Positions 49,181 to 59,453 of a stretch of 64,000 nucleotides of DNA are shown here, one piece after another. The notes beneath the pieces are model-generated. The model did not search any database, was not told the DNA's origin, and saw only the letters and a list, made by a program, of their open reading frames with translations. The stretch covers positions 132,045 through 196,044 of the forward strand of contig JAWKNZ010000006.1 of assembly GCA_041391425.1 (NCBI GenBank), read 5' to 3'. How positions within the stretch are numbered: the first letter of the stretch is position 1; each line of letters starts with the position of its first letter. The DNA is from Bdellovibrionota bacterium (GTDB lineage: Bacteria > Bdellovibrionota_B > Oligoflexia > Oligoflexales > JAWKNZ01). The translations under genes and the position numbers were made by a program.

Positions 49181-49873
49181 TTACTTAAGAATATAGCCAC
49201 CACCATAGATGCTTTCTATACTAATTTCACCAGACGCAATCCTCCTTCTTAGCCTAGAGATATGTGAATCAATAGTTCTTGAAGCTACTTTAATATTTGG
49301 CCAGACTATTTCGCTTATTTGCTCTCGCGTAAGGCATTTTCCTGGGTTTTCCAGGAAATACTTAAGCAACCGCGCTTCCTTCATTGGCAGCGCCTCTCCT
49401 TCAAAATTAGGTAAGATACGAAATTCGTTACGATGATAATCCAAGACAATATCTTTATATGCAACTTCACTAGAAGGAGGGTCAACAATTAAAGAACACC
49501 TATCCATCAGTTTACCCAACAGATAACAAAAATCCAGCCTTGGTAACGCAGGATCCCAGCAATACTTTTGGCTCAAAATATCTAGGCTTAGCATCGGAGT
49601 GCCAAGTAAATTCCTGCTAGTAATATAGATTCTAATTGCCAAATTTAACTGCTTGGGAAAAGCACTGTCATCTATGTATTGATTATTACTTATAATATCA
49701 TCATCAAGATTCATTATTACTAACTTTGGAAGAGCTCCATTATGAATCTTTGTCAACTTTTGAAAAGAGTCCATACTTGCAAAACATCTAACGGGAAAAT
49801 TCCCCACTAAAGAAGCAGCAATCCCCAATGACAAATAATCTGGCTTTTCAACAACCCAAATTACTCCCAACAA
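49181..49873 (-). CDS. OmpR/PhoB-type winged-helix transcriptional regulator with an atypical receiver-like N-domain
   Basis: The C-terminus LTREQISEIVWPNIKVASRTIDSHISRLRRRI..GGGYILK is a Trans_reg_C domain. The N-domain lacks the usual acidic DD pocket (VVEKPD). Confidence 0.65.
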   Translation of the reverse strand: MLGVIWVVEKPDYLSLGIAASLVGNFPVRCFASMDSFQKLTKIHNGALPKLVIMNLDDDIISNNQYIDDSAFPKQLNLAIRIYITSRNLLGTPMLSLDILSQKYCWDPALPRLDFCYLLGKLMDRCSLIVDPPSSEVAYKDIVLDYHRNEFRILPNFEGEALPMKEARLLKYFLENPGKCLTREQISEIVWPNIKVASRTIDSHISRLRRRIASGEISIESIYGGGYILK

Positions 49874-50157
49874 CTTCTCCTTAACTTTATAAGAAAAATA
49901 TAGAAAACCTTCAATCTCTCAGATTAGTAAAAAGACAAAAAAATCAAGTGATATTTCTCTTTAGAAATCATTTGAAGCACATTCTAAATCTAAACTTTTC
50001 ATTATACTTCAGATGGCTTCATATAAATGATAGCTCAGACAAAATATAGCTCTCAATATATCAACTTTTCTTAGGAAAAAAATTCCAAGCTTGAATCTCT
50101 TACAAGAAAGAATAGCTTAAGAAAGGCTATAGAAAATTAAAATTTATGATAGAAATT

Positions 50158-51126
50158 TTATGTTTTTAAATTTAAATCGTAGGAGACTTCCCAATCATTA
50201 TGCTCTGGCTCAATATCGGGGTCAAGATGAATGATAATATCAGCTCTAGGTATTTTTTTAATAATTTTCTCTTCGACTTTATCGCCAACGGCATGAGCCT
50301 CGCTTAAGGAAATCTCTCCCGGCAATGTCATATGAAAATCAACAAATAAGTTTGGACCTAACTCACGCGACCTTAATTGATGAATTCCTTTTATCCTTTT
50401 ATCCGTACTTAAAACGATATCAACAATCATTTGCTGTAACTCAGCGTCGATCTCTCTATGAACTATATCATGATAACATTTTTTTAATATAGGATAGGCC
50501 GTTTTCAAAAGAGCTGCACCAGCCAATAACGCGAAAACAGTGTCAAATACCGGTTGCCTAGTAAAAACAGCAAAGGCAAGTCCAGCTGCGGACAAAAAGT
50601 TTGAAAGCACATCACCAAAATAATGCGCATGATCAGCTTCTAAGGCTAAAGAACGCTCTCTCTTTATATTAGTTGATAAAATCTGCCGCGATAAAAAGCT
50701 TTGTATAAAATATCCACCTAATGCTGAAAAAACTAAAATACTAATTGCAATCTTTGCTTCATCTAAATGAACGATACTAGAATTGACATAGATAAGCCTT
50801 CGCATCGCTTCAAAAATAATATTTAAGCCAAACAATACAATAATAAAACCTTGCACCAAACTGGCAGCAACTTCGAATCCTCCATGGCCAAATGGATGTT
50901 CCTTATCCGCATCAGTTTTAGCAAGATTAGATACTTTTAAGTTGATAAATGAAGTAAACGCATCAGCAATAGAATCCATCAAACTGGCTAAAACCAATAA
51001 AGACCCGGAAAAATAAAAGCCAATTCCTTTTAACAACGCCAAAAATAAGCTACTTAAAATTGCACCTTTCAAAGCTTTGGCAGGGGAAGACTTATTGTCC
51101 GCTTCAGGCTTTGGCATATCATCCAA
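50158..51126 (-). CDS. cation diffusion facilitator family transporter
   Basis: Six predicted TM segments, the SLMDSIADAF and HAHYFGDVLSN metal-site blocks, and a C-terminal cytoplasmic domain. Confidence 0.8.
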   Translation of the reverse strand: MDDMPKPEADNKSSPAKALKGAILSSLFLALLKGIGFYFSGSLLVLASLMDSIADAFTSFINLKVSNLAKTDADKEHPFGHGGFEVAASLVQGFIIVLFGLNIIFEAMRRLIYVNSSIVHLDEAKIAISILVFSALGGYFIQSFLSRQILSTNIKRERSLALEADHAHYFGDVLSNFLSAAGLAFAVFTRQPVFDTVFALLAGAALLKTAYPILKKCYHDIVHREIDAELQQMIVDIVLSTDKRIKGIHQLRSRELGPNLFVDFHMTLPGEISLSEAHAVGDKVEEKIIKKIPRADIIIHLDPDIEPEHNDWEVSYDLNLKT

Positions 51127-51127
51127 C

Positions 51128-51730
51128 CTATATCATTCTTGAATTCCAACGTTTAAATAAGCCATTTTCAATGTCGCAAAAATCTAAAACTCTCCCGACA
51201 ACAGTATCAACAAGAGCTTCTATAGATTTCGGTTTGTCATAAAAACATGGCATGGCAGGCATAATTGTAGCACCCGCATCAGATAGTGCTAACATATTTG
51301 TGAGGTGTATTCTATTTAAAGGACTTTCTCTTGGGCATATCACCAAAGGTCTTGACTGTTTGAGCATAACATCGGCAGCTCTTTCCAACAAATTAGTTGA
51401 CTGCCCACTCGCAACTCTACTCATCGTTCCCATTGAGCATGGAAGAATAATCATTTGACTTGCCGCTGCCGATCCACTGGCTATGGGTGCAAACATATCA
51501 TCATTCGAAAAAATTCGTAGTTTTTCATGTGCGACAGCTTTTGTCACTAGGGCATCAACTAAGGAAAAGCGCTCATTTTGAATCTTTAGTTCATGTTGTA
51601 TTACTTTCTGCCCAGTTGAAGTTACAACCAAATAGACACGATCGATAACCTGCAATAATGCATCTATTAACCGCTCGGCATAAATGGAGCCAGAAGCACC
51701 AGTAATACCCACTATTATGCGCTTATCCAT
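51128..51730 (-). CDS. ubiX: flavin prenyltransferase UbiX
   Basis: IIVGITGASGSIYAERLIDAL and the ILPCSMGTMSRVASG blocks. Confidence 0.85.
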   Translation of the reverse strand: MDKRIIVGITGASGSIYAERLIDALLQVIDRVYLVVTSTGQKVIQHELKIQNERFSLVDALVTKAVAHEKLRIFSNDDMFAPIASGSAAASQMIILPCSMGTMSRVASGQSTNLLERAADVMLKQSRPLVICPRESPLNRIHLTNMLALSDAGATIMPAMPCFYDKPKSIEALVDTVVGRVLDFCDIENGLFKRWNSRMI

Positions 51731-51739
51731 TCTCGACCC

Positions 51740-52639
51740 CTAAATAATAAAGTCTAATTGTACAAACACATAAAAGCATACACTGACCCATGCGTTTGCA
51801 GTAAAAAATGCTGAATTAATGTGTTTTGAATCCCCCATCTTTTTGACATCTTTAACCAACCAATGCTCATAAGACAATATTATTGCTACTAAAACTACTC
51901 CGGAATAATAAAACTCTCCCATCGAGGCAAAAAAACCTGCTATCGATAAGGCCAAAATCATAACAGCAAAGCAAAAACGACTAACCAATACTGACCTCCA
52001 AGGACCAAATCGACTTGGATAGCTATATAAATTACTACGGCTGTCGAACTCACGATCCTGCAATGAATACAAAATATCAAAACCGGCAGTCCAAAAAGTG
52101 ACAGCAACCCCAATCAAAATAACGGAAATATTAGTCGAACCAGTCAGGGCTATGCTAACGGCTACAGGTGCCAAACCTAAACACAAGCCAAGATACCAAT
52201 GTGTCAACCAACTTATTCTTTTAAGATAAGAGTAAGCCAAAAGGATTATTAGTACTGGTAAGCTCAAAATCCCACTTAAAGTGTTCAAATAAAACGCGCA
52301 AACAATAAACAAGCTGCCAAAAAACATAGACCATCTTAATGCTGCGCTTGCGCTAAGCTGTCCACTGGGAATTTTGCGTGACATAGTCCTCGGGTTCTCT
52401 TTATCGATATCCCTATCGATATAACGATTCATACCCATAGCAAAGCTGCGGGCACATACCATGCACACCACAAGCAAGACACACTGCAAGACTGTAGGTA
52501 ACTTATCTGTACTCAACAACATTCCGGTCACTGCAAAAGGCAATGCAAAAATGCTATGTGCTAACTTAATATCTGAAGCAAAGTGGACAAAACTGGCCGC
52601 CAATTCTGTAGGAACTGAGGCTTGTTTACTCATACTCAC
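51740..52639 (-). CDS. ubiA: UbiA-family aromatic prenyltransferase (4-hydroxybenzoate polyprenyltransferase-like; a menaquinone/futalosine-type MqnP is equally possible)
   Basis: NRYIDRDIDKENPRT, a second Asp-rich motif (LQDREFD), and multiple TM helices. Confidence 0.75.
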   Translation of the reverse strand: MSMSKQASVPTELAASFVHFASDIKLAHSIFALPFAVTGMLLSTDKLPTVLQCVLLVVCMVCARSFAMGMNRYIDRDIDKENPRTMSRKIPSGQLSASAALRWSMFFGSLFIVCAFYLNTLSGILSLPVLIILLAYSYLKRISWLTHWYLGLCLGLAPVAVSIALTGSTNISVILIGVAVTFWTAGFDILYSLQDREFDSRSNLYSYPSRFGPWRSVLVSRFCFAVMILALSIAGFFASMGEFYYSGVVLVAIILSYEHWLVKDVKKMGDSKHINSAFFTANAWVSVCFYVFVQLDFII

Positions 52640-52721
52640 ATTATTCCTTATTCTCTACTCTAGGAATGAATTTATTATTCTGTTCTTTATTTAAACAGAA
52701 TACAGTTTAAACAAACACCAT

Positions 52722-53963
52722 TTAATACCCTATCTCTCCCAGTAGACAAACACTAAAATCCCATTTATGACCATCTTTTCGCCGCATCACAGAATAAACT
52801 TCGTTATCACTCCCATAAGAAAACAGGTCTATTGCAGCCGTACCTTTCGCAAACACACCAAAATCTTTAGCAGATTCAACTTGTTTGAAACCAACTCTAT
52901 ATAAACTTAGGGTGCTTTCCTCATCCAACCATTTCATCATAGCTAAAAATTGACCATTAGACGAGTTCACCCAATAAGGCTGAGCGACATGTGCATCGCC
53001 AAGGGGAATCATTTTTTGCCATTCGATAATTGGGCTAGCAACTCCCAATTTAATCTTTGCTAAAACCAAATTAGCCTGACCAATTAAAGAATCACCTTCG
53101 ATGTAGGCTAATTTAGCCCCTCCAGGCACTGATTGTACAGCCCAAGCCTCAACACCAGCCTCAGTTGGCAACTCTAGTTGATAAACACTTCCTTGCTGTC
53201 CCGCCTCATGCAACCTGGTAACTAAGAAAAGATCTTTAATCTTACCATCATTAGCAATATCAGATTTTAATGTCAGTGCTTGAGCTGCACTTTGCTCGGT
53301 ATCCCCTAATAATGCTATTTTATTTGCTGCGGAAAGGTTTGGAAAACTCTGAACCGGCAATAATCGTTCACTGCCTTTCTCATTTTTTGCAAGCAAATCA
53401 CCACCTTTAATAAAAATAACTTTACTCTGGTCACCTTCAAGAGAAATCCACATTCCACGCTCGGTATTCATGAGGTTACCTCCTTGAAAATTTCCTGCAA
53501 TTTTAGCGCTAGAAGCAATCACCACATTCGATCTAATATTATGGATTTCAATGATGCTTTCATCTTTAGCTTTGTTACGTAACACTGCAATTCTAGCTTC
53601 AGAGCCTTCCTTCGGTGGAAGTTGACCAACAAGTGGCATACCATTTCTACCAAATATTAAAGAATTTCTCTTTTCACTCTCTAAGCTTAAATCTCCATCG
53701 AAATCATAATAATCATAGGACTTAGCACCACTGCGCTTTACAACATGTGCAATCAAAGCTATCGGTAGTGATGTCGTATTATTTCTATAACCTTGTAAAA
53801 CACTGATATTTTCAAAGCCAATATGCTTTCCTGTATCAATCGACTTACATGAAATATCTTTGGCTTGATCCAAAACCGACCACTTCGATATTCTTTTTTC
53901 AGAAGGAAATAAAACACATCCGCTCAAGCAAATAGAGCTTAAATACAGAGCAATTTGTCTCAT
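52722..53963 (-). CDS. hypothetical lipoprotein (413 aa, beta-rich)
   Basis: Lipobox CLSGC. No recognisable family. Confidence 0.6.
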   Translation of the reverse strand: MRQIALYLSSICLSGCVLFPSEKRISKWSVLDQAKDISCKSIDTGKHIGFENISVLQGYRNNTTSLPIALIAHVVKRSGAKSYDYYDFDGDLSLESEKRNSLIFGRNGMPLVGQLPPKEGSEARIAVLRNKAKDESIIEIHNIRSNVVIASSAKIAGNFQGGNLMNTERGMWISLEGDQSKVIFIKGGDLLAKNEKGSERLLPVQSFPNLSAANKIALLGDTEQSAAQALTLKSDIANDGKIKDLFLVTRLHEAGQQGSVYQLELPTEAGVEAWAVQSVPGGAKLAYIEGDSLIGQANLVLAKIKLGVASPIIEWQKMIPLGDAHVAQPYWVNSSNGQFLAMMKWLDEESTLSLYRVGFKQVESAKDFGVFAKGTAAIDLFSYGSDNEVYSVMRRKDGHKWDFSVCLLGEIGY

Positions 53964-54054
53964 TTTGTAAATTCCTAAATTAAATTAATTAATGCCTCAA
54001 AGAAAAAGAGTCGAAGAGGCCTACGAATGAAAACCTATTTTATGAAAGCATACT

Positions 54055-54405
54055 ATGAAATTGCAGTGTTTGGCTAAAATTATTAATATTTTATTCATAG
54101 TAACAATAATTGTATCATGTGCAACAAACTCCCAAATTGGCGAAAACCTAATTCCTCCCATTGAACTTCCTTTTATAAAAAACTCTCCAGAAGAATGCTA
54201 CTTCCTTGACGAATTTATGCCTGTTCCAGATAAACTTGTGCCAGGGAAAACCGGATCTCTCGGACTTCGCTACTACACATATAATTTGGCCAACTACAAA
54301 GACTGGGATCATAAACAAATCACATTATCTTTTTATTCTGTAGACGATCAATGTTGGTACTTATTCGAAGAATACTACAAAGCCACTGATAGATTCGAAC
54401 TTTAA
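54055..54405 (+). CDS. hypothetical small lipoprotein
   Basis: Signal with IIVSC lipobox. Length 116 aa. Confidence 0.55.
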   Translation: MKLQCLAKIINILFIVTIIVSCATNSQIGENLIPPIELPFIKNSPEECYFLDEFMPVPDKLVPGKTGSLGLRYYTYNLANYKDWDHKQITLSFYSVDDQCWYLFEEYYKATDRFEL

Positions 54406-54519
54406 AAGACATGCCTTACTTCATTTAAATTTTTGCCATATTTCCTGTATAATTGAATTTTGAGAGGGATAGTCTGCGTTTCTCGTACTAGAGGAAAGAT
54501 AGGAAGAATGGCGCTTATT

Positions 54520-55497
54520 ATGAAAAAAGTCAACCTTTTAGCAGTCACTGCTATATTATTTACAAGTTGTCAGACAACAACAATCGTCCAAAAAAGAAAC
54601 TCACAGAAAAACCATCTGCATTTAGGAAACCAATATGCAAAAGACGGGCTTTTAAGAGAAGCCATAACCAGCTATAAAATGGCAATACAGGAAGATCCAC
54701 AGAATTTAACAGCACGGCGAAATATTGGCCTTGTCTTAGTAAAGATAGGAAACTATAAACATGCTATTAACAATTTAGAACTAGCCGTTAAAAAATTTGA
54801 TTCTGATTTTGACATCAACTTTTATCTTGGAGAAGCATATCGAGGTAATGGTAATTACGCCGATGCTATTTTTTGGTACAAGAAAGCAACAAAATTAAAG
54901 CCTAATAGTGACAAAACTTTAAAAGCTCTAGCATGGAGTTATTTTAATACTCGGTTTTATAGTCAAGCTCTTAAGATCTCTAGAAAACTATACAAGCTAT
55001 CTCCTAAAGACCCCGAAGCTGCTCTTATTATCAGCCGTACCTTTATAAAGTTAAAAAGACCCGGTGATGCTTTTAAAGTCCTAAAATTAGCAAAGCAAAG
55101 AGCATCGGCAGCAGATATGGCTTTTTTGCAAAGCATAGAAGGTGACATATTGTTCGAGCTTGGAAAATGCGACAAAGCGATTAACTCATATAAGAATGCC
55201 ATAAAAGACAAACCATTATTGGCAAGTGCACTGCTAGGATTAGGCCGCTGTTATATGAAAGAAGGGGAAAATACACGCGCTATTACCTTTTTAGAACGAG
55301 CAGCAAGAATCCGACCTAGAATGGCGGAAATTTTCTATAACCTAGGTTTAGCATACGAAAATATTAACAGCAAAAAAGCAATCCGCTACTATCAAACTTT
55401 TAATCGCCTAGCATCGACTGACCCTGAATTTCTTAGTCTTTTAAAAGAAGTAAGGGATAAAACAATAACTTTGAAAAATCAAACAAATTTAAAGTAA
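54520..55497 (+). CDS. TPR-repeat lipoprotein
   Basis: MKKVNLLAVTAILFTSC lipobox from ATG 54520, followed by repeated 34-residue TPR units (..AITSYKMAIQEDPQN.., ..AIFWYKKATKLKPNS..). Confidence 0.7.
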   Translation: MKKVNLLAVTAILFTSCQTTTIVQKRNSQKNHLHLGNQYAKDGLLREAITSYKMAIQEDPQNLTARRNIGLVLVKIGNYKHAINNLELAVKKFDSDFDINFYLGEAYRGNGNYADAIFWYKKATKLKPNSDKTLKALAWSYFNTRFYSQALKISRKLYKLSPKDPEAALIISRTFIKLKRPGDAFKVLKLAKQRASAADMAFLQSIEGDILFELGKCDKAINSYKNAIKDKPLLASALLGLGRCYMKEGENTRAITFLERAARIRPRMAEIFYNLGLAYENINSKKAIRYYQTFNRLASTDPEFLSLLKEVRDKTITLKNQTNLK

Positions 55498-55896
55498 CTT
55501 CATTTCCGCTTTTTGATAGCTCATCATGCTACGACGAGCATCAAATAGATTTTTATAAGACTCATATCGCATCTTCAGCCGTTCGTATTCAGCTTTTGCG
55601 TGACTTAATTTTTCCAAAAACTCAACGTATTCAGCATCTGTCTCCGCTAAGCGGCGGATCTTAGTTTCACTCCTCTTATCATCATCGTGCTTTAACATAA
55701 TCCTTGCTCTAACTGTAGCTTTCATTAATTCCAACCGGTCATGTTCTTTTTTGGCAGCCACATAGTCCATACCTACTTTATTAGCAAGATGAACTATATC
55801 CTCCAAACTAAGATGCTCAAACGAGCCCTCGCCTGAAGCTCGCATCACTTTGGTTGTTTGGTTTCTTGTTGATCGATTGTTAGTATCTTGAGTCAA
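55489..55896 (-). CDS. hypothetical coiled-coil protein (135 aa)
   Basis: Intact ORF with a charged, helical sequence. No recognisable motif. Confidence 0.5.
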   Translation of the reverse strand: MTQDTNNRSTRNQTTKVMRASGEGSFEHLSLEDIVHLANKVGMDYVAAKKEHDRLELMKATVRARIMLKHDDDKRSETKIRRLAETDAEYVEFLEKLSHAKAEYERLKMRYESYKNLFDARRSMMSYQKAEMKLL

Positions 55897-56382
55897 TTAA
55901 CACCGCACCTTCACTCGTAATAAGCACTGTAACGCCACGCCTATGCTATGATAACTAGGAAAAAGAAACCTATCAGCACTTTTCTTAAAATTTTAATCAA
56001 CAAGGCATGTAATTCACCCATCTTGCTTATTTTATTATGCAATATTAGACAGTTATATGAAAAAGGCAGCAATAAACAATAGTGGAATAGGGCATCAAAA
56101 CAAATTTCCTAAAAACCCCTAAATAATCAATCTAGTTGTCCGATATGATTAGATGAGAATTGCGTCCAATGCACACGGTTTAGTCCTAACTATGACACTA
56201 TGTCATGGGTCTAAAATCATAAGGTTTGTTGGATACTAAATATTGGCTGGCTGGCCAGTTTGTATGTTATAATTAAACTTATAGAGCTAGCGCGGACTTG
56301 TTAGCCTTTAGTTTAAGCAAGCTCAAATGAAACAAAGTTGTCCATAACTGCATAACACAACGCGATATTTTGAGAGGCTATT

Positions 56383-57000
56383 GTGATTGAAGATAAGACA
56401 ATTCAATTAACTGTTTCACCAACCGAGTTTTTTCGCGAGAAAGTCTCTAGCGCCATCGATCGACAAAAACTTGAAGTAAACGATGACATCGAGTTTTATT
56501 TAGTAAATCTACTCTGTGAATATATAAATCCGACACGCGATGGCAGTTTTTCAAATGGCGACAAGCTTTTAGATACACCTCTGGCATTACAACTAAAAAA
56601 TGCTCTCGAAGCTCCACCGGAAAAACAGTTTCGAATTTTCAAACAGCTTGGCGATACAAGTTTATATATTTCAGGATATTTTCAAGATTTTTTTAATCGT
56701 AAAATTTATGATATCGACTACTTTATTACTCTAGGGTCAAGCGCCTATGATAATATTGCAATTCTGATGAGAGACCGCGATGATAGCTTCGCTGATACTT
56801 ACCATTCTCTTGCCAAGTTATTTAAGAGATTAGTAGAGGTTGTTGCCGAAGTTTCTGATGGTTTTAACCCAAACCAATCGTTGAATGTCTTAGCGACATA
56901 TGATCGCTGGACGAAAAATCAAGATTCGGAAAGATTGCGAAGAAAGCTTGAAGAGTCAGGTATTCTCCCAATACCCATTTCAACAAAATTAGCTCAATAA
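56383..57000 (+). CDS. hypothetical protein (205 aa)
   Basis: GTG start. Separated by 8 nt from the next ORF. No recognisable family. Confidence 0.55.
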   Translation: MIEDKTIQLTVSPTEFFREKVSSAIDRQKLEVNDDIEFYLVNLLCEYINPTRDGSFSNGDKLLDTPLALQLKNALEAPPEKQFRIFKQLGDTSLYISGYFQDFFNRKIYDIDYFITLGSSAYDNIAILMRDRDDSFADTYHSLAKLFKRLVEVVAEVSDGFNPNQSLNVLATYDRWTKNQDSERLRRKLEESGILPIPISTKLAQ

Positions 57001-57008
57001 TCATCAAA

Positions 57009-57689
57009 ATGAGCAAACACTTTAAAAAGATCATTAAATCTATAGAAGTCGAATTATCTGAATACTACGGCTTTGCCATTGATCACTCTGCCTCTGATCA
57101 TTTAGTTAATGAAGACGAAATTAAAATATTACAACCAAATATGGATGGAGCAAAAATCGATAGGGCTGGGGTCCTGTTTCAACAAGAGCAATCTGAAGTA
57201 TTTATTGGCCTCCACTTTAATTCATTAATAAAAGATAGCCTGCAGCTCGACCCAACTCATTGTCTGTGCAATAAAAATCTAGATGCGTTCACTGTCGTAG
57301 TAGAAGAGCTCAGCCACTTTCATCTATTACTCAATCGCATGAGAGCAAATCAAAAGCTCAGCCAATTAGAATTAGAATGGCAAGCTGAGATAGATAAAAT
57401 TCTCATTTCAGGGCTATTTCTACAAAAATCGGCTGGCGACCCTCATATCCATGCATTAAAAAAGCTTATAATTGACCGCTCTATAATTACGAGCAACGAC
57501 GAAGAACTTTATTTCAACTCGAGTAAATATGCTCATCGTTTTTGGCAAGATTTTATCGACTATGCCTACAAAGGAAAAAATAGCCTTATTGCAAAAGAGT
57601 TCCAAAAATTTATGCAATTAAATTATGAAAAGCCAATGGATCTAAAAAAGCTTTATTCAAATGCTGAACCTATAATGACAGCAGCATAA
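57009..57689 (+). CDS. hypothetical protein (226 aa)
   Basis: Probably co-transcribed with 56383-57000. Contains EELSHFH but no canonical HExxH. Confidence 0.55.
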   Translation: MSKHFKKIIKSIEVELSEYYGFAIDHSASDHLVNEDEIKILQPNMDGAKIDRAGVLFQQEQSEVFIGLHFNSLIKDSLQLDPTHCLCNKNLDAFTVVVEELSHFHLLLNRMRANQKLSQLELEWQAEIDKILISGLFLQKSAGDPHIHALKKLIIDRSIITSNDEELYFNSSKYAHRFWQDFIDYAYKGKNSLIAKEFQKFMQLNYEKPMDLKKLYSNAEPIMTAA

Positions 57690-57860
57690 ATTTACAAAAT
57701 TTTTTAATCCAACCTTGGGAAGACAAAAAATCTCTATTCATATAAAGGAAACCCTTCAACAGACTCAATAAAAGCAACCCACTTAAGAATCTTACCTATC
57801 GCTCTTAAATAGCGATCTACGTCTTGCTTTAACAAGAAATTATCTCATGCTATTCTCATT

Positions 57861-59420
57861 TCACTTTTCTAGTAATTTATTATGCCAAACCACGCCATAA
57901 AGATCATGCCTTCGATCTCTTAAATTTCTTACCGTCCCTTGATTTCGCGCATAATTTAGATTTTCTACTCTTAAATCTGCAAAAGCTACGGTTTCTACGT
58001 TCGGAGTGGTATCTGCAGCAATGCCATCTCTAGAAAAGGAGAAGTCACAGGGCGTAAGAATACAGCTCTGTGCATATTGAATATCCATGTTGTGCACCCT
58101 GGGTAAGTTTCCAACATTACCAGATAAAATCATAAAAATTTGATTTTCTACAGCTCGAGCCTGACTACAATATCTAACGCGTAGATAGCTTTGCCTCTCA
58201 TCGGTACAAAAAGGAACAAAAATCATTTTTGCACCCTGATCAACTAAATGTCTTGCCAACTCCGGAAACTCACTATCATAACAGATAAGAACTCCTATTG
58301 GACCCCAATCAGTATCAATAACCGAAAGAGAGTCTCCTCCCTCTATATTCCACCAATAGCGCTCATTTGGTGTCGGATGAATTTTCGCTTGTTCATGGAT
58401 AGATCCGTCTCTAAGAAATACATAACTGATATTTAAAACCTTATCTCCTTGTTTGGTAGGATGGGATCCAGCTATTATGTTGATGTTAAATTTTATCGCG
58501 AGTCTAGAAAATAACTCCTTTATTTGGGCGGTATATTCAGTTAGCTTCAAAATGGCTTTTTCTGGCCTTAATGCCTCATTTTCTATAGAAAGCAACTGCA
58601 AAGTAAAAAGTTCAGGAAAGAGAACAAAATCGGATCTATAGTCAGCAACGACATCCACAAAATATGTCACAATCTGTTCAAACTCTTCAAAATATTTAAT
58701 ACCACGCTGCATATATTGTACTGTGGCTAATCTTATCGTGCCTTCTAAATGTTTTTTCTTAGCTGTTTTATTACTACCTGCTGTTTCAGATATTGAAGAA
58801 GTAATCTCTGGATTCTCCCAAAAAAGGTGAGCCGCATACCCCAGTGACTCCGGATCATTAAGATAATTTTTTAATATGCCAATAACTTTAAAACCTTGTC
58901 TAAGTTGAAATCCAATGACTGCATCTCGAATAGAACCATTCCGAATTGATTCTAGATACTTTTCCACGCTACCTACTTTTTTAATTTTTTTAGAAAGCCC
59001 TGGAAGGCGGCCTCCAAAAACAATCCCTTTCAATCTTAATTGCCGGCACAGCTCTTTTCTCTTTCGATAAAACCTATCTCCTATTCTCTTTCCTCGCATC
59101 TTTGGGTCAATGAAAATTTCGATGCCATATAAGTACTCACCAGTTGGAGTATGGGTGGACCCATAGCCACCCCCAGTAATTTCTCTCCAAGTATGAGGAC
59201 GAAGGGCCAAATCCTCGTTAACAATAATACTTGCACAATACCCAACAATTCTTCCCTGCGCTTCAGCAACAAATTGTCCTTCCGAAAAGTTCTCTATCTG
59301 CGCCCTCAACACGTCCAAAGAGTAAGGCTTTCCCCACGGGTAAACTAAAGCACAAAGTTTTTGAATCTGTTTTACATCTTTTTTTTGAGCATTCCTGACA
59401 ATTAAAACTGCTTCAGTCAT
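57861..59420 (-). CDS. bifunctional GNAT N-acetyltransferase / carbon-nitrogen hydrolase (nitrilase superfamily) protein
   Basis: The N-terminal GNAT core is RGKRIGDRFYRKR. The C-terminal CN-hydrolase has FPELF, a Lys block and the catalytic Cys in GVLICYDSEFPE. Confidence 0.8.
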   Translation of the reverse strand: MTEAVLIVRNAQKKDVKQIQKLCALVYPWGKPYSLDVLRAQIENFSEGQFVAEAQGRIVGYCASIIVNEDLALRPHTWREITGGGYGSTHTPTGEYLYGIEIFIDPKMRGKRIGDRFYRKRKELCRQLRLKGIVFGGRLPGLSKKIKKVGSVEKYLESIRNGSIRDAVIGFQLRQGFKVIGILKNYLNDPESLGYAAHLFWENPEITSSISETAGSNKTAKKKHLEGTIRLATVQYMQRGIKYFEEFEQIVTYFVDVVADYRSDFVLFPELFTLQLLSIENEALRPEKAILKLTEYTAQIKELFSRLAIKFNINIIAGSHPTKQGDKVLNISYVFLRDGSIHEQAKIHPTPNERYWWNIEGGDSLSVIDTDWGPIGVLICYDSEFPELARHLVDQGAKMIFVPFCTDERQSYLRVRYCSQARAVENQIFMILSGNVGNLPRVHNMDIQYAQSCILTPCDFSFSRDGIAADTTPNVETVAFADLRVENLNYARNQGTVRNLRDRRHDLYGVVWHNKLLEK

Positions 59421-59453
59421 ATATTCCCTATAGCTTGGTTAAAAGTAACAAAT

